Shown: one piece after another, positions 58,148-64,000 of the stretch | Numbering within the stretch: the first letter of the stretch is position 1 | Layout of the letters: each line of letters starts with the position of its first letter | Origin: a bacterium | Lineage (GTDB): Bacteria; Patescibacteriota; Minisyncoccia; Phycocordibacterales; CALRBL01 | DNA: 64,000 nt | Assembly (NCBI GenBank): GCA_027487075.1 | Contig: JAIYEG010000002.1 | Span: 1,244 to 65,243, forward strand | Direction of reading: 5' to 3' | Notes under the pieces: generated by a model | What the model was told of the DNA's origin: nothing | The model's input: only the letters and a program-made list of their open reading frames with translations | The model's database searches: none | Translations under genes and position numbers: made by a program

Positions 58148-59070
58148 GCTTCTCTCGTTCACCCAAGCTGTTTGATCAGCTTCCTTTTGAGTATCAACAC
58201 ATCGTAGGTGCTTATGATGATCCTGCATCATTTAAAACACTCGAACAAGCGCTTCGCCTAGATGTAAAACACCTTGCATATCTTGCATTGCCACCTACTG
58301 CATCAAAACAGGTGCTCCGTATGATGCATCACCTCAAGGTGTTTACACTTATTGAAAAACCTTTTGGTGAAGGATTCAAGGACGCTCAAGGTCTCGCAAG
58401 ATTTTTGGAGACATCAGCGATTGATACGTGTCATGTAAAAGTAGATCACTATGCTGGCAAAAAAGAGTTGCGCGCACTACAAAAGGAAGATCCTGCGCAC
58501 ATACAATCACTTACGATTGAAATTCTTGAGACCGCCACGGTAGATCATCGTGCAGGCTTTTATGATGCAGTTGGGGCGCTTCGCGATGTTGGTCAAAACC
58601 ACCTGCTTTTTATGCTTGCACGCATTTTTCATGCCACACACTCACGCTCGTATATTTTGTCTCGACTTGTGCCTGCGCAAGATCACGATGCACATCACTT
58701 TGCACGATACGATGGCAGAGAAGGAAAAGAAACCTATCTTTCAGTGAAGGCCCACATCGATGATCCAGAGCTTCGGCATATCGATATCACACTACGAAGT
58801 GGTAAGGCACTCGCTGAAAATCGGGTGGCAATCATAGTTACCTACACCTCAGGAGAAACTAAAGAAATCGTACTCGAAGGGGGGCATGAGGCATATATGA
58901 ATATCCTCGAAGACGCCATAGAAGGCCGCCTAGAGGGCTTTTTGTCGACTGAGGAGGTGCTCGCAGCATGGAAGTTTATTGAGGAGGTAGAGCGCATCAA
59001 GGAAAAAAAAGAAATCCTATGCTATCCTATAGGCTATGATCAAAGATTTTTTAATGAGAAAGCTGCTTGA
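58036..59070 (+). CDS. zwf: Glucose-6-phosphate dehydrogenase, shortened
   Basis: IFGISGNLAERKLIPAL, IEKPFG, VDHYAGK, GALRDVGQNHL. Confidence 0.8.
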   Translation: MDIIIFGISGNLAERKLIPALIDLYGRGRLPKNTRLIGFSRSPKLFDQLPFEYQHIVGAYDDPASFKTLEQALRLDVKHLAYLALPPTASKQVLRMMHHLKVFTLIEKPFGEGFKDAQGLARFLETSAIDTCHVKVDHYAGKKELRALQKEDPAHIQSLTIEILETATVDHRAGFYDAVGALRDVGQNHLLFMLARIFHATHSRSYILSRLVPAQDHDAHHFARYDGREGKETYLSVKAHIDDPELRHIDITLRSGKALAENRVAIIVTYTSGETKEIVLEGGHEAYMNILEDAIEGRLEGFLSTEEVLAAWKFIEEVERIKEKKEILCYPIGYDQRFFNEKAA

Positions 59071-59263
59071 ACGCCAGCTCAAAAACGTTCCCAAAGAACA
59101 GCAAGAACAGATGATTGCCATGATAACCAAGAATCCAGAGCTGTTCCAGAAGATTGGTATGGAGGTCAAAAAGCGTACTGATAGCGGTATGGATCAGATG
59201 AAGGCAACAATGGAAGTGATGCGTATGTACGAAAGTGAGCTTCGCGCACTTCAACAAAAATAA
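59036..59263 (+). CDS. Small Met/Gln-rich hypothetical protein
   Basis: 75 aa, KNPELFQKI; upstream TGCTATCCT -10-like element. Confidence 0.7.
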   Translation: MIKDFLMRKLLERQLKNVPKEQQEQMIAMITKNPELFQKIGMEVKKRTDSGMDQMKATMEVMRMYESELRALQQK

Positions 59264-59264
59264 T

Positions 59265-60755
59265 ATGCTCAACACAATCGACCGATTCCTCAACAACATC
59301 ACCATGTATCGCTTGGTGTTGTATGGTCTAGCACTACTCGCCGCGTACTCAATGGCTCTTGCTCTCTCAGGGAGTTTGTCGTTTGGCGTCTTCTCCTATG
59401 TTGCGACATTGCTTGCAGTGCTTGCGGGGTGTGGTATTTCAAACGTCATTCTTTCGAAATGTTTTGGAGCTCCGGTGAATATTGAGTCATGGCTCATCAC
59501 GGGATTTATTTTGTACTTTATTTTGTTCCCGTCATATCAGGTTGCTGATCTGATCACTGCTTTTGCGGTAGGTTTTTTTGCAATGGCATCAAAGTACTTA
59601 CTTGCTACGAATGCACGGCATATCTTCAACCCTGTAGCCGCAGGACTCTTCATCATGAGCATATTCCCCACACTTCAGAATGGAAATGGGGTATGGTGGG
59701 TAGGCACTTCTGTGATGCTTCCTCTCGTGCTTATGGTCGGTCTTTTGATTGTGCGTAAGATTCGTAAATTCGCGATGTTCGGGGCATTTGTAGCAAGTGC
59801 GCTGGTGGTAACAGCCGTATTTCACTGGTCAGAAGTGGGTGTAGCACTTCGAGAGCAGTTTCTTTCATGGCCACTCATCTTTTTCGGTACCATTATGCTT
59901 ACCGAGCCTCTTACGATGCCGTCTCGTCGAACGTTTCAAGTCGTGTTTGGAGTAATCGTGGGAGCGCTATTTGCAAGCTCGTATTCATTTGGTCCGATTC
60001 ATTCTTCTCCAGAGCTTGCACTGCTTATTGGTAATATTTTTGCATACACAGTGAGCATGAAGCGACGCTTAATGCTCAAGCTTAAAGAAAAGAAGTTAAT
60101 ATCAAAGGAAACGTATGAATTTACGTTTACTTCTGATGCGCCGTTTACCTTTACGCCAGGTCAGTACATTGAGTGGACATTGTCTGAAGCTCGAGCAAAG
60201 ACCGCGCCTGATAATCGTGGAAATCGCCGCTACTTCACCATTGCATCATCACCCACTGAAAAAGAGCTAAAGCTCGGGGTAAAATTCTATACCCCCTCAA
60301 GTACCTTCAAGCAACATTTACTTAACATGAAAGAAGGAGAAATGATTGCTGCGGGTCAGCTCGGTGGAGATTTTGTGATGCCGAAAGATACTTCAAAGAA
60401 GCTGGTGTTTATTGCGGGAGGAATTGGTGTCACGCCGTTTCGTAGTATGGTGAAGTATCTTTCAGATAGTGGAGAACAACGCAAAGTCACTCTTATCTAT
60501 AGCGTGAAAGAGGAAGCTGAAATTGCGTATAAAGATATTTTTGAAGAAGGAGCGCAGAAGTTTGGATTAAGAACCGAATGCCTTATTAAAGATTTTCTCA
60601 CCAAGGAAGTGGTAGAAAAGATGGTCCCAGACTGGAAGGATTGTATGTTCTATCTCTCAGGGCCCAACGCAATGGTAGAGAATTATAAAACTATGCTTTT
60701 GCGCATGGGGCTTCCACGCGCCTCTATCAAAACTGATTATTTCCCAGGCTTTTAG
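59265..60755 (+). CDS. RnfD/NqrB-like membrane domain fused to FNR-type FAD/NAD(P)-binding domain
   Basis: HIFNPVA, MLTEPLTMP in the TM region; RRYFTIASSP, FIAGGIGVTPFRS, YLSGP. Confidence 0.8.
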   Translation: MLNTIDRFLNNITMYRLVLYGLALLAAYSMALALSGSLSFGVFSYVATLLAVLAGCGISNVILSKCFGAPVNIESWLITGFILYFILFPSYQVADLITAFAVGFFAMASKYLLATNARHIFNPVAAGLFIMSIFPTLQNGNGVWWVGTSVMLPLVLMVGLLIVRKIRKFAMFGAFVASALVVTAVFHWSEVGVALREQFLSWPLIFFGTIMLTEPLTMPSRRTFQVVFGVIVGALFASSYSFGPIHSSPELALLIGNIFAYTVSMKRRLMLKLKEKKLISKETYEFTFTSDAPFTFTPGQYIEWTLSEARAKTAPDNRGNRRYFTIASSPTEKELKLGVKFYTPSSTFKQHLLNMKEGEMIAAGQLGGDFVMPKDTSKKLVFIAGGIGVTPFRSMVKYLSDSGEQRKVTLIYSVKEEAEIAYKDIFEEGAQKFGLRTECLIKDFLTKEVVEKMVPDWKDCMFYLSGPNAMVENYKTMLLRMGLPRASIKTDYFPGF

Positions 60756-60769
60756 CTGATGGCACTGCT

Positions 60770-61639
60770 ATGTACACCTTTGCTTACGAATCGATGGGAA
60801 CTCACTGGGAAGTGACGTTTGATCCACATGAGGTGAAGAGTGGGGTGAGCGCAGAAGACATGAAGCATGAGATTATTGCTCGTTCTCAACGTTTTGATGA
60901 GACCTACTCACGTTTTATTCGTTCGTCGTTAGTGTGGAGGATTGCAGAGCAGGCAGGAGTGTACAAAATTCCTGATGATTTTCGAGCGATGCTAGAGCTC
61001 TACCTCAAGTTCTATGAACCATCAGGGTATAAGCTTAATCCGCTCATTGGGTTTACGATCAGTGACCTTGGATATGATGATGTCTATTCTTTGACCGAGC
61101 AAGAAGTGGTGCGTTTTACTCCAGATCTCATTGAAACGATAACCCTTGAGGGAAATACCCTTATTACTTCCGCCCCGGTACTTTTTGATGTGGGAGCACT
61201 TGGTAAAGGATATTTCGTTGATCGTATAGTTGCTTACCTCAAAGAACAGGGTTGTGAGTCAATGCTCGTGAATGGTAGCGGTGATGTGTACTACCAAGGC
61301 ACCGAACCTACTACCATAGGTCTCGAAGATCCGCGTAATGCATCAAAGGTGATCGGTACCACGACCCTTCAAAAAGGTGCATTGTGTGCATCGGGTATTA
61401 ACAAGCGTACATGGCGTGATCATCATCATGTGATTGATCCTCATACACGTGCTTCGGTTGATAATGAAGTGTTGGCAACCTGGGTAGTTGCAGGTGACAC
61501 AGCCACTGCAGATGCGCTCGCAAGCTGTCTTTTTTTTGTGTCACCCGAAGCACTTCACGAGTGGAAATTCGAGTACGTCATCATGAACAAACAGGGCTAC
61601 ATAAAAAAATCCCCCGGATGGGTGGGAGATTTTTTCTAG
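60770..61639 (+). CDS. apbE: FAD:protein FMN transferase
   Basis: SMGT, FDVGALGKGY, NGSGD, HHVIDP, ADALAS. Confidence 0.88.
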   Translation: MYTFAYESMGTHWEVTFDPHEVKSGVSAEDMKHEIIARSQRFDETYSRFIRSSLVWRIAEQAGVYKIPDDFRAMLELYLKFYEPSGYKLNPLIGFTISDLGYDDVYSLTEQEVVRFTPDLIETITLEGNTLITSAPVLFDVGALGKGYFVDRIVAYLKEQGCESMLVNGSGDVYYQGTEPTTIGLEDPRNASKVIGTTTLQKGALCASGINKRTWRDHHHVIDPHTRASVDNEVLATWVVAGDTATADALASCLFFVSPEALHEWKFEYVIMNKQGYIKKSPGWVGDFF

Positions 61640-61658
61640 TTTGTTTGACGCGTCGAGA

Positions 61659-62162
61659 TTATGCCTTCGCTTCAGCTTTGATAGTCACAAGGGCATCCAT
61701 GAAGCTCTTGGTAGTGAGAGATGCTCCACTTACGATGCTTAGGTTGATACTGTCAACGGATTTTCCTACGACTTGTGTGCGGTATTCTTCTGCAAACCCC
61801 TGCTGGTAGCGCTTACTTGCTTCGGGTTTTGCCTGAATATCGAATGAGGTACTTACGACTTTATCATCTTTGATAGTAATAGTGAGTCCAAACGTATCCG
61901 TGCCTGCTGGTGAGCGATATGATCCAATGGTGTTGTACGTGCCATCTTTGTAGGTGCGCTGAGGTGGAGGAGTTGTGGTGGTTGTTGTGGTTGTTGTTGA
62001 CACCGCGCTAGAGGTAGTTGCATTCTCTGAAGTGGTGTCAATATTGGTATTAGTAGGGGTAGCTACTTCATTGTTTGAAGGGGTATTGAGTCGTGCGAGG
62101 GCAACGCCAGCGACAACGATCACTACAATACCGCCGATTACTTTTTTTGTTGTTGGTTGCAT
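61659..62162 (-). CDS. Extracytoplasmic FMN-binding protein (flavinylation substrate)
   Basis: N-terminal TM, Thr-rich linker, YKDGTY, VSGASLTT flavinylation motif. Confidence 0.8.
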   Translation of the reverse strand: MQPTTKKVIGGIVVIVVAGVALARLNTPSNNEVATPTNTNIDTTSENATTSSAVSTTTTTTTTTPPPQRTYKDGTYNTIGSYRSPAGTDTFGLTITIKDDKVVSTSFDIQAKPEASKRYQQGFAEEYRTQVVGKSVDSINLSIVSGASLTTKSFMDALVTIKAEAKA

Positions 62163-62201
62163 AAGTGAAAGTGTATCAAGAAAGCGTTATACTTGTCTAA
62201 C

Positions 62202-63293
62202 ATGAGAGACTTTATTGCCTATATCTACAAATACCTAGCAAAACCGGTGCTTTTTAAGTTTGATCCTGAAGACGTACACGATCGTATGGTGATGGTGGGC
62301 AAACTCTTGGGCAAGCTCACACCCGCTCGCTATATTACCAAAAAAATTTTTACCTATGAGGATTCTATTCTTGCTCAAGATGTGTGCGGGCTTCATTTCT
62401 CGAACCCCATTGGACTCTCGGCAGGATTCGATAAGAATGCTGAGCTTACGCAGATCATGTCCGCTATCGGATTCGCCTTCGAGGAGGTGGGTTCAGTAAC
62501 AGGAAAGCTCTGTGCAGGTAATCCCAAACCTCGTTTGTGGCGAGTGCCAGAGCAAAAGGGAATCCGCGTGTACTACGGACTCAAAAATGATGGGTGTGAG
62601 GTGATTGCAGATCGTTTGGCACACACACGTCGCATTGAAAAAGATTTCCAGCTCGGCATCAGTGTTGCAATGACTAACTGCGAAGCAAATCTCGATATCG
62701 ACAATGCGGTGCGAGACTATCAGAAGGCATTTCGCACTATGGAACCTCATGCTGACTATCTCACTATCAATATCAGCTGTCCGAATACGCTCGGTGGCCA
62801 GCCGTTTACTGATCCATTAAAGCTTGAGAAACTGCTTTCTGCTCTTGAAGAGGATGGCGCCCTTCGAAGGGCGCCATCCAAGCCGATCTTCATAAAAATG
62901 TCACCCGATATGTCGATGGAGCAGGTAGATGCAGTGCTTGCGGTACTGCAGGTGCATCGCGTGCATGGTATTATATGTACTAACCTCACTAAGAAGAAGG
63001 AGGTGAAAGGTGGATATAGTGGAAAGATGGTGCAGGAGCAGTCAGATAAGCTTCTTGCCCATATCTACCGAAGTTGTGGTTCGCGTTTTGTGTTGGTGGG
63101 ATGTGGAGGGGTGTTTAGTGCCGAAGATGCCTATCGAAAGATTCGTCTTGGTGCAACGCTCATTCAGATGATCACCGGCATGATATACGAGGGACCTCAG
63201 GTGGTAGGTACTATCAATCGCGATCTCGCCACACTTCTTCGACGAGACGGTTTTACCCACATTAGCCAAGCCATAGGCATCGATAATCGATAA
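62202..63293 (+). CDS. pyrD: Quinone-dependent (class 2) dihydroorotate dehydrogenase
   Basis: DPEDVH, NPIGLSAGFDKN, GNPKPRL, INISCPN, GGYSG. Confidence 0.88.
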   Translation: MRDFIAYIYKYLAKPVLFKFDPEDVHDRMVMVGKLLGKLTPARYITKKIFTYEDSILAQDVCGLHFSNPIGLSAGFDKNAELTQIMSAIGFAFEEVGSVTGKLCAGNPKPRLWRVPEQKGIRVYYGLKNDGCEVIADRLAHTRRIEKDFQLGISVAMTNCEANLDIDNAVRDYQKAFRTMEPHADYLTINISCPNTLGGQPFTDPLKLEKLLSALEEDGALRRAPSKPIFIKMSPDMSMEQVDAVLAVLQVHRVHGIICTNLTKKKEVKGGYSGKMVQEQSDKLLAHIYRSCGSRFVLVGCGGVFSAEDAYRKIRLGATLIQMITGMIYEGPQVVGTINRDLATLLRRDGFTHISQAIGIDNR

Positions 63294-63297
63294 CATT

Positions 63298-64000
63298 ATG
63301 ACCAAACGAGTTTTTATTACCCGCGAGATTCCAAAGTTGGGCATCGATATGCTCACACAGAAAGGATACGAAGTAGATGTCTATCCGAAAGACAAGGTGC
63401 CGAGTCAGCGTGAGCTCATCACATACCTCAAGAAAAAGCCCTATGATGCGGTGATGTGTTTGCTCACTGATGATATCAATGCACAGGTGTACGATGCTGC
63501 ACCGAGTGTGAAGCTTTTTGCAAGTTATACGGTGGGTTATAACAATATCGATGTTGTGGAAGCAACTAAGCGTGGCATTACCGTCACCAACACCGCAGGA
63601 TCTTCGAATGCTCCTGTGGCCGAGCAAGCTATCGCACTCATGCTTGGTCTCACTACACGTATGGTAGAAGCAGATGCTTTTACCCGAAAGGGAAAATATA
63701 AGGGCTGGTCACCTATGGCGTTCATGGGAACTGATATGAAGGGTAAAACGTTGGGACTTGTCGGAAGTGGTGCAATTGGTTGTGAAGTGGCACGTATTGC
63801 ACATCATGGGTTCGGCATGAAAATTATCTACACCGATCTTGTGGCACATCCTGATATTGAGACTGATTGTGGTGCCACAAAAATGGCATCACTGGATGCT
63901 CTCCTTGCTGAAGCAGATATTGTGAGTGTGCATGTGCCTCTCCTTCCAGCAACGCATCACCTTATCAATGAAAAAACCTTGTCGCTGATGAAGAAGACGG
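63298..64000 (+). CDS. D-isomer-specific 2-hydroxyacid dehydrogenase (glyoxylate reductase-like), 3' partial
   Basis: Hand-translated MTKRVFITREIP..., VGYNNID, VAEQA, GLVGSGAIG, SVHVPL; runs off the window. Confidence 0.88.
   Translation, partial: MTKRVFITREIPKLGIDMLTQKGYEVDVYPKDKVPSQRELITYLKKKPYDAVMCLLTDDINAQVYDAAPSVKLFASYTVGYNNIDVVEATKRGITVTNTAGSSNAPVAEQAIALMLGLTTRMVEADAFTRKGKYKGWSPMAFMGTDMKGKTLGLVGSGAIGCEVARIAHHGFGMKIIYTDLVAHPDIETDCGATKMASLDALLAEADIVSVHVPLLPATHHLINEKTLSLMKKT

Noticed and set aside
61960..62000. GTT/GTG triplet run
   Set aside because: Encodes the poly-Thr linker of the FMN-binding protein.
1..64000. Alternative genetic code (TGA read as Gly/Trp)
   Set aside because: Conserved genes are full length under code 11, and several end in TGA with ATGA coupling.

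Overview
64 kb of a bacterial chromosome. Gene content and style suggest Patescibacteria/CPR, Parcubacteria-like (inference): compact genes, TGA used as stop, many near-leaderless promoters, housekeeping genes interleaved with solo ORFans. The window holds a carotenoid cluster (crtB, crtI, UbiA-family lycopene elongase-like) beside a photolyase; DNA repair and stress genes (lexA, uvrB, uvrA, uvrC, MGMT-family, msrA, msrB, PIF1-like helicase); sugar-phosphate and glycolysis enzymes (HAD-IIB PMM-like, cupin PGI, gpmI, eno, short zwf); murF, mltG, tgt, tRNA-Ala(TGC); an ECF sigma/anti-sigma pair; a heterodimeric ABC exporter; a large Fn3-like surface protein; and an RnfD/NqrB-FNR fusion with ApbE and an FMN-binding protein. 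The top candidate for an undescribed system is a minus-strand three-gene operon at 10249-13385. It encodes (1) a 33-aa peptide ending FQPWAD that the ORF track misses, with Trp third from the C-terminus as in Bacillus ComX, (2) a multi-TM sensor histidine kinase, and (3) a fusion of a class II terpene-cyclase-like domain and a class I isoprenoid-synthase (ComQ-like) domain. This is a putative prenylated-peptide quorum-sensing cassette, divergent from a lexA operon carrying a GAAC-N4-GTTC operator. Several dispersed non-coding repeats and structured elements were also found. All calls come from reading motifs by eye; no searches were run.
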